39,245 bases of DNA, from NCBI GenBank assembly GCA_029838215.1, contig JALGVI010000019.1, positions 1 through 39,245 of the forward strand, written 5' to 3'. Positions 18,596 to 28,438 of the stretch are shown piece after piece. Within the stretch, counting starts at the first letter, position 1. Every line of letters starts with the position of its first letter. Source of the stretch: Candidatus Helarchaeota archaeon. Its GTDB lineage: Archaea; Asgardarchaeota; Lokiarchaeia; Helarchaeales; RDOG01. Below the pieces are notes generated by a model, which was not told the DNA's origin, searched no databases, and worked only from the letters and a program-made list of their open reading frames with translations. A program made the position numbers and the translations under genes.

Positions 18596-19747
18596 ATGAA
18601 CGTGCTGATGATAGGATGGGATTCTTCACTTGCTACGGAAAATGAGATAGTCATTGGAGATAGCAAATTTAGACACATCTTATATGGGAAATTGGTATCT
18701 ACTCTTCACATCATTGTTCCTTCACCAAGAAAAACGAAACAGAAGCCGATGAAATTGTCAGAAAATGTTTTTATTTATCCCGTATCTAGAGGAATTCGTT
18801 TCATGATTGAAGCTTTTTCCCTTGGCATGCGTTTATGCAACAAAATGAATATAGATGTAATTACTGCTCAAGATCCTTTTTATACCGGACTTATTGGTGT
18901 AATGTTAAAAAGACTTTTACGAAAACCGCTGAACATTCAACTACACATTAAGATATTCAAGAATATTTATTGGTTGAAGGAATCAAAGAAGCATTACCTT
19001 CTTTTATTGCTGAGTAAATTTCTTTTAAAACAAGCAACAACAATTAGGGTGGTAAGTAAGAAAATAAAAAGAAGCATTATTGATTCTTTAAGGATTCCAG
19101 AGGATAGAATCATCTGCTTTCCAGTTTTTACGAATATAGAAGCTTTCTCGAGTTTCAATCAAGAACTTAGTATCCGAGATAAATATTTAGAATACGAGAA
19201 TATTATTTTATTTGTTGGGAGATTGGTTGCACAGAAAAACGTAGATTTCCTTATAAAGGCCGCAAAAAATGTTCTTAAAACGCATCCTGATGTTCTTTTT
19301 TTGATTATTGGTGATGGACCAGAACGAGAACATTTGGATAAACTTGTGAAGGAGTTAGAAATTAGAGATAATGTTATTTTTAAAGGAAAGATAGAAAATA
19401 AAGATTTGATAAAAAATTATTTTATCAGTGATATCTTCGTGCTTCCTTCTAATTATGAAGGATGGGGCCTAGTTTGCATCGAGGCATTGGCGGCTAGAAA
19501 ACCAGTTATCATGACGAACACGGGCTGCGCAGATGAAGTAGTTATAGATGGGCATAATGGATATGTTATTCCCATAGGTGACGTGCAGACCCTTGCCAAA
19601 AAAATAATATATTTAATTGAAAACCCGGAAGTTCGAAAACAAATGGGTCAATTTGGATGGGAATCTATCCAAGGAAAATATAGCCTTAAAGAAAATGCAT
19701 TTCAATATAGAGATTTATTTAGAAAGACGATTTTACAGTCAAGATAG
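18596..19747 (+). CDS. Glycosyltransferase family 4
   Basis: LFVGRLVAQKNVDFL, IIGDGPERE, DIFVLPSNYEGWGLVCIEALA. Confidence 0.92.
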   Translation: MNVLMIGWDSSLATENEIVIGDSKFRHILYGKLVSTLHIIVPSPRKTKQKPMKLSENVFIYPVSRGIRFMIEAFSLGMRLCNKMNIDVITAQDPFYTGLIGVMLKRLLRKPLNIQLHIKIFKNIYWLKESKKHYLLLLLSKFLLKQATTIRVVSKKIKRSIIDSLRIPEDRIICFPVFTNIEAFSSFNQELSIRDKYLEYENIILFVGRLVAQKNVDFLIKAAKNVLKTHPDVLFLIIGDGPEREHLDKLVKELEIRDNVIFKGKIENKDLIKNYFISDIFVLPSNYEGWGLVCIEALAARKPVIMTNTGCADEVVIDGHNGYVIPIGDVQTLAKKIIYLIENPEVRKQMGQFGWESIQGKYSLKENAFQYRDLFRKTILQSR

Positions 19748-19787
19748 AACGGATTGAACGACATGTCAAAAAAATCGAAAGGATGAT

Positions 19788-20864
19788 TTGATGAATGTTC
19801 TTTTTATAACCCAAGAAGTTGCTAAAGATAGTTCAATTTTGGGTTTTGTTCATGGATGGATTTTGGAATTTTCGAATAAAGTAGATAACTTATTCGTATT
19901 AAGTGGACGTGTTGGGCAGCATGATCTTCCAAAAAACGTCAAGGTCTTTTCGTTAGGGAAAGAAGTGGGCACCAATCAACTATTCCGGTTTATGAAGTTT
20001 TATATTATCTTGATTAAACTACTATTTACGAGACATATAGATGCCATTTTTGCCCACATGTTGCCAGAATATGTTATTGCTTCAAGTTTTATTTCAAAGA
20101 TAAGAAAAGTTCCGATTTTCCTGTGGTATGCTCATGGTTCGGTTAGTTTTCGCTTGAAGTTGGCATGTCGACTTTCAACAAAAATCATCACTTCATCGAA
20201 GAAAGGATTTAGAATTAATACAAAAAAAAGACTGATCGTGGGTCACGGAATCAATTTTAAGAGATTATCAAATTTTTCAGGTAAAAATGGCACGAAAAGT
20301 AAGAAAATTAGGATTATTTCGGTTGGGAGAATATCTCCTATAAAAAATAAAGAAATTTTAATAAAAGCTGTAGAAATTCTAGTAAAAAAACATTCATTAA
20401 CTAATATTGAAGTACTTTTTATCGGTAGTGCTCCTAGAGGTGCTTCAAAATATGAATCGAAATTAAAAAAAATGGTTTCAGACTTAAAACTAAACGATTA
20501 TTTCAGATTTATTGGAGACGTTTCTCATGAAGAAATTCCTTCATATTTTCAATCATGTGATTTAAAAGTGAACACGAGTCTCACGGGTTCCATGGACAAA
20601 ACAGTTCTCGAAGCCATTGCTTGTGAGAAGCCAGTATTAACGTGCAATGAAGCATTTTTTGAGTTTTTAAAAGATTATTCGCATATTCTCATATTTAATA
20701 AGAGAAATCCTCAAGATCTAGCTCAAAAAATCAAGGATATCATTCAATTAGATGAAACAGAAAAGAAAAAGATCTGCCGTCAATTAAGGAAAAAAGTTGA
20801 AGAAGAGCATAATTTAAAAAATCTGGTGACGAAAGTAATTAATATTTTCGAAGATTATAGATAA
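19788..20864 (+). CDS. Glycosyltransferase family 4 (divergent)
   Basis: IISVGRISPIKNKEIL, VNTSLTGSMDKTVLEAIACEKPV. Confidence 0.88.
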   Translation: MMNVLFITQEVAKDSSILGFVHGWILEFSNKVDNLFVLSGRVGQHDLPKNVKVFSLGKEVGTNQLFRFMKFYIILIKLLFTRHIDAIFAHMLPEYVIASSFISKIRKVPIFLWYAHGSVSFRLKLACRLSTKIITSSKKGFRINTKKRLIVGHGINFKRLSNFSGKNGTKSKKIRIISVGRISPIKNKEILIKAVEILVKKHSLTNIEVLFIGSAPRGASKYESKLKKMVSDLKLNDYFRFIGDVSHEEIPSYFQSCDLKVNTSLTGSMDKTVLEAIACEKPVLTCNEAFFEFLKDYSHILIFNKRNPQDLAQKIKDIIQLDETEKKKICRQLRKKVEEEHNLKNLVTKVINIFEDYR

Positions 20865-21990
20865 CTTTTTTGTATGCTTTGGCGATTTTCTCGGTAATTA
20901 ATTCCCATGAATATTTCTTCGCTGTTTCAGTTCCATTTTTAATGATTTCGGATCGTATTTTTTCACTTGAGTAGATTTTTTCAATGTATCTAGCAACACA
21001 CTTAGGATCATTGGGTTTACATAAGAATCCGTTTTTTCCATGAGTAATGATATCAATAATTCCTCCAACATTTGTACCTATTGCAGGTAGACCTGAAGCC
21101 ATTGCTTCAATGAAGCTAATTCCAAACCCTTCATTCAATGAAGGACGAACAAAAATATCAGCATTTCGATAATGATTTAACAATTCTGAATGTTTAACAT
21201 AACCATGGAAGATTATTTTATCATTCAAACCCAATTCTGCAGTCAATTTCTTTAGATTAGATTCTTCTTCACCAGCTCCAATTATCAAAGCTCCGATTTT
21301 TGGATATTTTTCCTTTAAGTCATAGATTGCTCGAATTATAGTATCAATTCCGTTCTTTTTTGTCAGACGAGAGGTCGTGATGATTGCAGGAGAGAATTTC
21401 TTGTCTTCGATAATTTTCTCCTTGCTTGCCGGGGCATGAAACTCGTTGAATTCCACGCCATTCGGAACTATGATCACGTTTTTCCCACCTAAATCTCGTG
21501 CTCTATTCTTTGTATACCTGCTAACTGCAGTGATTAAATCAGCATTGCGCATTATAATTCTCAGAAATAAATGAGTAATCGGATCAAGAAATCTGGACCC
21601 TTCAGAATAGTCTAGCAAATCTCCCCCCTGAACAGTAATAATCAATGGTTTCCGCAATATCTTCTTTAATAAGTATCCGGCAACACCACCACTAATGGCC
21701 AGATGTCCATGAATTACGTCAATACCCGATTTTTTATTCAATTTCACGCCTTTAATGACAGATTTGATATAATAAGTGATAAAATAGAGCCAAGAGGGTT
21801 TTGAAACATAATGTATTCTACATACATTCACATTGTTTATTTTGGCATGTTTTGATAACGGTTTATTCCTTCTGGTAATCACGTGGACTTCAAAATTCTT
21901 TTTCACTAGATTTTCTGCCACTTTTTGAACGAATAATTCTGAACCTGCCACAATGGGATAATACCAATCAGATAACATGCATATTCTCAT
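20839..21990 (-). CDS. Glycosyltransferase family 4
   Basis: TTSRLTKKNGID, DIFVRPSLNEGFGISFIEAMASGLP. Its 3' end overlaps the convergent GT by 26 nt. Confidence 0.92.
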   Translation of the reverse strand: MRICMLSDWYYPIVAGSELFVQKVAENLVKKNFEVHVITRRNKPLSKHAKINNVNVCRIHYVSKPSWLYFITYYIKSVIKGVKLNKKSGIDVIHGHLAISGGVAGYLLKKILRKPLIITVQGGDLLDYSEGSRFLDPITHLFLRIIMRNADLITAVSRYTKNRARDLGGKNVIIVPNGVEFNEFHAPASKEKIIEDKKFSPAIITTSRLTKKNGIDTIIRAIYDLKEKYPKIGALIIGAGEEESNLKKLTAELGLNDKIIFHGYVKHSELLNHYRNADIFVRPSLNEGFGISFIEAMASGLPAIGTNVGGIIDIITHGKNGFLCKPNDPKCVARYIEKIYSSEKIRSEIIKNGTETAKKYSWELITEKIAKAYKKVIYNLRKY

Positions 21991-22085
21991 TTTAATACCA
22001 TGCCTCTAAATCCATAATACAATACCTTTAAATCCAAGAATTTCTTCAAAAAATACCTGATAACATTCAAAAACATTATAAATTT

Positions 22086-22739
22086 TCATTTTTTTGCCCA
22101 GATATAAAAGCCGGAAACATTTTCCTTTTCATTAGAATTTCCAAATATTCTATCTATCAGTTTATTTAATTTTTCTCCAAATTTTTTTTCAATGACGAAC
22201 TTCCAAATTGCGTTTATATTCATTATCGTAGAATATTTTCCTCGAACCGGATAGAGAATGACGTTTGAAAAATTTCTAAACAAATAAGCGATTCCATCTT
22301 TTGAAAAACGATAGAAATCTTGATATTTTAAATCATCAGGGGCGTGGTACCTATATAGAAATGGTATAAATGAGAAAACATAACCTCCATCTTTTAAAAT
22401 CGAGAAAATGTTATTAACAGCACTTTCTGGAGAATATACGTGTTCTAAAATGGACATGCAAATTATCCCATCAAAAATCGAACCCTGAATCTTTTGAAGA
22501 TTGCAAATATCATCGAGTATATCGGGATAATCACCATACTGGTTGACATCAAGCGTGATAATCTGGTCAGTAGAAAAATGGTCATACCATTCGCGTGAAC
22601 TTTTACCGATATCTAGAATTTTTTTGGCATTTTGAGCCAAAAAAACCATTTTTCTTCGTATCAAAACATCCGTGTCGTATTGGTAATTGGTATTTATTTT
22701 AATTTTTCTACAAATTTTTCTTAATTCTTCAATTTGCAA
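22086..22739 (-). CDS. Class I SAM-dependent methyltransferase
   Basis: ILDIGKS, FDGIICMSILEHV, ILKDGG, PFLYRYH, DFYRFSKDG. Confidence 0.85.
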   Translation of the reverse strand: MQIEELRKICRKIKINTNYQYDTDVLIRRKMVFLAQNAKKILDIGKSSREWYDHFSTDQIITLDVNQYGDYPDILDDICNLQKIQGSIFDGIICMSILEHVYSPESAVNNIFSILKDGGYVFSFIPFLYRYHAPDDLKYQDFYRFSKDGIAYLFRNFSNVILYPVRGKYSTIMNINAIWKFVIEKKFGEKLNKLIDRIFGNSNEKENVSGFYIWAKK

Positions 22740-22771
22740 TTAATTTCTCCTCAGTATTTCAAATTAATCGA

Positions 22772-23953
22772 TTAATTTTTTTCTTTTACAAATAATGAAT
22801 TAAAAAGCCTCTTATATTTCTGTATCATTTCCGTTCTTGAAAAGCGAGCCTCTAGATTTTTCTTTGCATTTAAAGTAATGAATTGTCTCAGTTTTTCATT
22901 AGCCAGCAACATTTTAGTTTGTTTTAATAATGAATTCGAATTTTTTGGATCTATTAAAATGCCGGTTTTATCATGAGTAATGACTTCACGGGTTCCATTA
23001 ATTCTAGTGGCAATTACGGGGATGTCAAGTGCCATCGCTTCTAAGACGACATGTGGCAGTCCTTCATATATTGAGTTTAAAATAAATAAATGAGATGAAT
23101 TTAAAATTTTCATTGCTTCATAATGAGAGAGATTTCCATAGAAGCGAACGTGTTTTTCAAGTTTCAAGTTTTTTACAAGCGAGATGAGACTTGAAAGAAG
23201 AGGACCATCTCCAATTATCTTTAGTTGGATGTTTGGATAGGATTTTATTAACGGAGGTAACATTTGAATGATTTGATCAACACGTTTCCAAGAAACCAAT
23301 CGACATATTGTCGTGATAAATGGACCTTCTTCTTTTTTTTGGGATTCTTTTGGAATTTTCGGAAGAATAAAAGAATTATGAATCACGACTATATCATTTT
23401 TAGGTATATTGTAGCCTTTAATCAAGATCCATTTAAGATAATTTGATGGTACGATTATTTTAGTAGACTTTTTAAGTACCACTTTTTGGATTAATTTGAT
23501 TAACCTGATTTTAAAATCAGAAATGGGAGAAGAAAGGAATTTTTCAAGAGTCTTCGAAGTTTTTTTTTCTCTGGTTGCTGTTTCCCATGCAACGTCTCCA
23601 ACGAACTTGATTACTAATGGTTTTTGTAATAATTTCGTACAAATCAAACTAATGGGTCCCATCACGACGGATCCCTGTGAAAAGATAAGATGAAAGTCTT
23701 TACTTTTAGCAATGATTTTCATGAATAATCGAAAATGTCTTAAAAAAGGAAAATGATTTTTTCGCTTGACTCCATACAAAATAACTTCTCGATTTTTATT
23801 AGTTCTTAAAACTTCTTTTTTCTCATTATCTGCCAAAGTAATTATCGAGACCTTGTTCCGTTCATCTATAAGTTCAAAGGATATATTTCTTGCAAAGATA
23901 GCAGGTCCCCCGATATCAGGCGGAAAAATGGGAGTTACAATTAGGATGTTCAT
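22772..23953 (-). CDS. Glycosyltransferase family 4
   Basis: Starts MNILIVTPIFPPDIGGPA. TICRLVSWKRVD, NSIYEGLPHVVLEAMA. Confidence 0.92.
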   Translation of the reverse strand: MNILIVTPIFPPDIGGPAIFARNISFELIDERNKVSIITLADNEKKEVLRTNKNREVILYGVKRKNHFPFLRHFRLFMKIIAKSKDFHLIFSQGSVVMGPISLICTKLLQKPLVIKFVGDVAWETATREKKTSKTLEKFLSSPISDFKIRLIKLIQKVVLKKSTKIIVPSNYLKWILIKGYNIPKNDIVVIHNSFILPKIPKESQKKEEGPFITTICRLVSWKRVDQIIQMLPPLIKSYPNIQLKIIGDGPLLSSLISLVKNLKLEKHVRFYGNLSHYEAMKILNSSHLFILNSIYEGLPHVVLEAMALDIPVIATRINGTREVITHDKTGILIDPKNSNSLLKQTKMLLANEKLRQFITLNAKKNLEARFSRTEMIQKYKRLFNSLFVKEKN

Positions 23954-23990
23954 TATAGCCAACAATTTTTGATTTTGAATTAATAATTTT

Positions 23991-24977
23991 CTACGAAATC
24001 TCATACATTGTACAGTTTTTACAAACAGATGGTAATTTTCCCAATAGGAAACGGTTCAAAAAATGGATTCGTCTATTAGAAAACCAAATATCTTTGAAAG
24101 TACGTTTTGAGGATATTTTTCCTATTACCATTTCATCATAATCAGGATTATTATTGAACCTACAACCACAAACTCTGACGATTCCATCATACGAAATATT
24201 ACCTCTAAAAACAAACTTGCACGGCCATCGATACTTGATTTTTGAAGGCGATATCAACATTCTTCCGATTAAATCCGATTGGTTTATTAATCCTCCCCAA
24301 TTATCATAAATTTCAGCAAATGTAAGGATATTTCCACCGCCCACGTAGGGTTTAATGTATTTTTTAAAATCTTCGTGTTTAAAATTGGACTTTCTTCCAA
24401 TGGGAGATCTAAAAGCGATGGTCACTTGAGTAGGAAATCCGAATTCTTTGTTTAACCTTAATAATTCAGAAGTATTTTTTAACATTATCGAATATTTTCC
24501 TGTTCGATATGTTCTTTCATATATTTTTTGCTGAAAACCTGCGGTACTAACCAATATTTCGGTCACTCCAGACGTAATTAGCTGTTTCAGATTTATCTTT
24601 GGTGCAATCATGTTAGTACTTATTCGAACCATTTCGATTCCTTGCTTTCTTGCAAAGGTGATAAATTCAGAAATTTTGGGATGCAATAGCGGTTCTCCGA
24701 CCAATGGGGTTAGGATGATGTTCTTACCTCCCATCGTGACAAAATCTTGAATTATTGATTGAAACAGGTTTTCTTTCATGTAACCTTTAGGTCTAGTTTG
24801 ATATTGATAGGCACAGAATATGCAATTTGCAGAACAAATATTAGTTAATTCAATCTGTAATTTCCGTGGAATACTGAAAAAATCAAATTTCTGTTTAAAC
24901 AATAGATATTTTATAAGATTATTAAATTCCGCTTGAAAGTGGAAAAGATATTTTCTTATTACTGAAGAAATATCCAT
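23991..24977 (-). CDS. Radical SAM protein with SPASM/twitch-type C-terminus
   Basis: CSANCIFC (CxxxCxxC), VGEPLLHP, then WPCK, RVCGC and VCKNC. Confidence 0.9.
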   Translation of the reverse strand: MDISSVIRKYLFHFQAEFNNLIKYLLFKQKFDFFSIPRKLQIELTNICSANCIFCAYQYQTRPKGYMKENLFQSIIQDFVTMGGKNIILTPLVGEPLLHPKISEFITFARKQGIEMVRISTNMIAPKINLKQLITSGVTEILVSTAGFQQKIYERTYRTGKYSIMLKNTSELLRLNKEFGFPTQVTIAFRSPIGRKSNFKHEDFKKYIKPYVGGGNILTFAEIYDNWGGLINQSDLIGRMLISPSKIKYRWPCKFVFRGNISYDGIVRVCGCRFNNNPDYDEMVIGKISSKRTFKDIWFSNRRIHFLNRFLLGKLPSVCKNCTMYEIS

Positions 24978-25058
24978 GAAATACCATCTTTTTCATTTAT
25001 TTTTTATCTCACGCATTCGCGGACCAGTAAAGAGGTTGGAGATGACCGATCCGTGCAG

Positions 25059-26087
25059 TTATTGGACAATTTTGTTTTTGAACCATTCAATTGTTGTTTT
25101 CAATCCATCATCTAAGGGAATCATGGGTTGCCATTTCAAGATTGTTCTTGCTTTCGTGATGTCTGGACATCTTCTTCTGGGATCGTCAGGTTTTGCATCC
25201 AAGAATTTAATTTCAGAATTAGAGTTAATAAGAGATTTTATCCTATTAGCTAGTTCAAGAATAGTAATTTCATCTTGAGATCCAATATTGAAGACTTCGC
25301 CTTTTGAGTTCCCTTTTATCAGGGACAAAATAATTCCCCTTATTGTATCAGAAACAAACGAGAAAGATCTTGTTTGTAAGCCATCACCAAATATCTCAAT
25401 CGATTTACTTTGCAGGGATTGAACGATAAAGTTTGGAACAACGCGTCCATAAAGATTTCCTGATTTTATTCTTGGACCATATGTATTGAAAATTCGGACT
25501 ATCCTGGCATCGATATCATGTTGTGTAATATACGCCTTAACAAATGCTTCGCCAGCTCTTTTTGCTTCATCGTAGCATGCTCTTTCTCCGAGTGGATTCA
25601 CATTCCCATTATATGTTTCTTTCAGGGGTAATTGAGACGGATCGGGATCCCCATATACTTCGCTCGTGCTGGTATAGAGTAGTTTCGAGTTGTGTTTTAA
25701 CGTGATTCCTAGAACGATCCAGGTTCCCAAGGTGTTTGCCTTCAAAATTTGGATTGGAAATCTTGAGAATTCAAATGGAGATGCCCTGCTTGCAAGATGA
25801 AAGATGTAATCGATTTTCTTATCAAATGAAAAGTATGTCGTGATGTCATGATTAATAAATTCAAAGTTATCTTTGTTTTGCAGATGGTGAATATTATCTA
25901 TACTTCCGCTAACTAAATTATCTAAACAAAGAACATTCGATTCTAAATTTATAAGTGCTTCACATAACCAAGATCCTAAGAAGCCCGCGCCTCCAGTAAC
26001 TAGAATGGTTGAATCTTCGAATACATCAGCATCCAATCCGGACAATATTGATTTTATTATCGTATCATTTACAACCATAAAAAACAC
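25059..26087 (-). CDS. UDP-glucuronate decarboxylase (UDP-xylose synthase)-like SDR
   Basis: TGGAGFLGSWLCEAL, YTSTSEVYGDP, RACYDEAKR, RIFNTYGPR, DDPRRRCPDI. Confidence 0.88.
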   Translation of the reverse strand: MFFMVVNDTIIKSILSGLDADVFEDSTILVTGGAGFLGSWLCEALINLESNVLCLDNLVSGSIDNIHHLQNKDNFEFINHDITTYFSFDKKIDYIFHLASRASPFEFSRFPIQILKANTLGTWIVLGITLKHNSKLLYTSTSEVYGDPDPSQLPLKETYNGNVNPLGERACYDEAKRAGEAFVKAYITQHDIDARIVRIFNTYGPRIKSGNLYGRVVPNFIVQSLQSKSIEIFGDGLQTRSFSFVSDTIRGIILSLIKGNSKGEVFNIGSQDEITILELANRIKSLINSNSEIKFLDAKPDDPRRRCPDITKARTILKWQPMIPLDDGLKTTIEWFKNKIVQ

Positions 26088-26093
26088 TTGCTA

Positions 26094-27002
26094 TTAATTT
26101 GAGAATTTTTTTAGCGCTTCCTTGACATGTTTCTGAAATTCTGTTTTGATTTCATCATTTCTAATACAGAAATCGAAAAATGCACATGAATATGAAAGAA
26201 AATTCCCGATGTCGTACCGCAATTCATCCTTTTTTAAACTCAATCCCCATATTTTGCCTCTCTCTTTATTTATTAAACCTTGCACGGCATCAGTTAATTG
26301 AATTTCCCCTCCATAACCTGATTTCAGGTTTTTCAATTCATCAAAAATCTTTTTATTGAATACATAACGTCCATTTATTGCATAATTGCTGGGTGCAAGC
26401 TCTTTTTTCGGTTTTTCCACGACATTTTTTATAATGCAACTCAGACCACCAATTTTCTCTGGTTCAATGATTCCATATCGCTCTACTTCGCTTGGAGCTA
26501 CTTTTTCAACGCCAATAGTTGCAACGGCTTTTTTCTCTTCGTGGAAATTCATTAAACGTTTTACGTAATTATTGTCTTGCTCGGATAATATAATTGTATC
26601 ACCCAGTAGGACGACAAAATCTTCGTCTCCAATAAAATCTCGCGCCAGATAAATAGCATGACCTAGACCTAGGGGTTTCTTTTGACGCGTGTAAAAAATT
26701 TGGACTTCTTCATATTTAATTTCCATGAAATTGATTTGGGCATGCAGTTCTTTCTGATTCTTTTCCATGAGGAGTGTATTTAATTCGTTATCAGAGTCGA
26801 AATGATCTTCAATGCTTCTTTTCTTGGACCCGGTTATGATAAGAATTTGCTTGATTCCGGCTTCCGCGGCTTCTTCAACGACATATTGAATCACGGGTTT
26901 ATTGCCAACAGGAATCATTTCTTTTGGTTGACTTTTTGTGGCGGGTAATAAACGAGTTCCAAGACCTGCAGCAGGTATAACCGCCCGGGTTATTTTGCCC
27001 AT
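26094..27002 (-). CDS. galU: UTP-glucose-1-phosphate uridylyltransferase
   Basis: AVIPAAGLGTRLLPATKSQPKEM, KRSIEDHFD, PLGLGHA, VEKP, GEIQLTDA. Confidence 0.92.
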   Translation of the reverse strand: MGKITRAVIPAAGLGTRLLPATKSQPKEMIPVGNKPVIQYVVEEAAEAGIKQILIITGSKKRSIEDHFDSDNELNTLLMEKNQKELHAQINFMEIKYEEVQIFYTRQKKPLGLGHAIYLARDFIGDEDFVVLLGDTIILSEQDNNYVKRLMNFHEEKKAVATIGVEKVAPSEVERYGIIEPEKIGGLSCIIKNVVEKPKKELAPSNYAINGRYVFNKKIFDELKNLKSGYGGEIQLTDAVQGLINKERGKIWGLSLKKDELRYDIGNFLSYSCAFFDFCIRNDEIKTEFQKHVKEALKKFSN

Positions 27003-27163
27003 AAATCATTTATCCAATTTTCGAGTTTATAAACAATTCCATATCTGAAATGATTTAAAAACAAAGTTTTATTTTGGAACAAAAAGGCTTTAATCAAAAC
27101 TGAACTTTAAAGGAAAACGAAATTTCTCGTGGGGCGCGGACGATCTCAGCTTTTATTAAAGAA

Positions 27164-28438
27164 ATGAGTAACAATTTAAATTTTGTAAGTAAGGGGCTAA
27201 GTTTATCACTTATTGAATATTTCTTGGCAGGTATTGGATTAGTTCAGCTATTTTTGGTTACAAATTTTTTGGGTTTAAATATCTACGGGCAATATTCGTT
27301 GGTTGACTCGATTTTCATGCTAGGCTCGTCTCTCATTCCCTTCACAACAGTTTACATCATGCGCCTGAGACTACACCATTACAGATCCGAAAAACAAACA
27401 GATGCTTATAACAATGTTCAGAAAATTCACTATCTCTTGGTATTTGGTCAAAATTGCTTTGCTTTTGTTTTGGGCATGTGGATATTATCATTATTTTTTA
27501 AGGATGTCTTATTAATGACATTCTTTTTATTCTTTTTTCTTTACATGATAATAAACATATTTAACACGCACATGCTTTCAGTGTTGACGAACGAAGAACA
27601 GATTAAATGGATTATTGTTGCGAGAATCGTTCCTGCATTAATAAGAATTTTATTCCTTATCCTATTTATCGTCCAAAATTTGGGTGTTTTCGCAATCATA
27701 TATTCATTCTTGATTGAATCCCTGATCGGTTTTACGATTTATTTATCGTGCAACAAGTATGGCTTCAAACAGATAATTAAAACAAGAATTGACAAGAAAA
27801 TTTTCAAGAATTACTTCTCCCTTTCGGTTAAGAGCTCCATCCAAAAATCCATTCTGCCCATAGTGCAAAATCTTTTATTTATTTTCATAGGCATTTATTT
27901 GGGAACCGTCATATTGGGGGAGTTTCGCATTATTGACCGAATACTCTCGCTTTCCATCTTGATCTTTTCAGGTTTTAGCTCTTTATTTCATAACAAAGTC
28001 AAAGTCATAGAGAACAATTTTAGGCAAGTATTTACGAAATCTATTGTCTTTGGATTAGCTCTTGGCTTTCTGACTTATTTTTTAATTGTTTTCACGGGAC
28101 CAATCATGCTAACAATTCTAAAAGTAGATCCTAGGTTAAATTTTCTCTTATCATTATATTGCCTTACAATTCTACCTTATTCAGCAATCATGATTTTTCC
28201 ATCGATTATTCGTCATTACGATAAGATGCTAATAGATAGCGTTTTTCAAGGTTGTTATTATTCGATAGTTCTTATCGTTTCATATATTTACCGTTTCAAC
28301 CTATATATCATTAGCATTTCATATGTTACCTCTTTCACGATGCTGGTAATAACGGAAGCAATTTACATAAATTATTTGTTGAGGAAGAAATATCTTGAAA
28401 AAAATCCGGAGGAAAAGATTAGAGCTGAAATTTCTTAA
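27164..28438 (+). CDS. Oligosaccharide flippase (Wzx/MOP family)
   Basis: About 12 TM segments, N-terminal TNFLGLNIYGQYSL pattern, located in the glycosylation cluster. Confidence 0.72.
   Translation: MSNNLNFVSKGLSLSLIEYFLAGIGLVQLFLVTNFLGLNIYGQYSLVDSIFMLGSSLIPFTTVYIMRLRLHHYRSEKQTDAYNNVQKIHYLLVFGQNCFAFVLGMWILSLFFKDVLLMTFFLFFFLYMIINIFNTHMLSVLTNEEQIKWIIVARIVPALIRILFLILFIVQNLGVFAIIYSFLIESLIGFTIYLSCNKYGFKQIIKTRIDKKIFKNYFSLSVKSSIQKSILPIVQNLLFIFIGIYLGTVILGEFRIIDRILSLSILIFSGFSSLFHNKVKVIENNFRQVFTKSIVFGLALGFLTYFLIVFTGPIMLTILKVDPRLNFLLSLYCLTILPYSAIMIFPSIIRHYDKMLIDSVFQGCYYSIVLIVSYIYRFNLYIISISYVTSFTMLVITEAIYINYLLRKKYLEKNPEEKIRAEIS

Noticed and set aside
27127-27150. GC-rich patch (GGGGCGCGGACGATCTCAGC) as a tRNA fragment or att site
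   Set aside because: No T-loop (TTCRA) consensus, no cloverleaf and no second copy found at the island ends.
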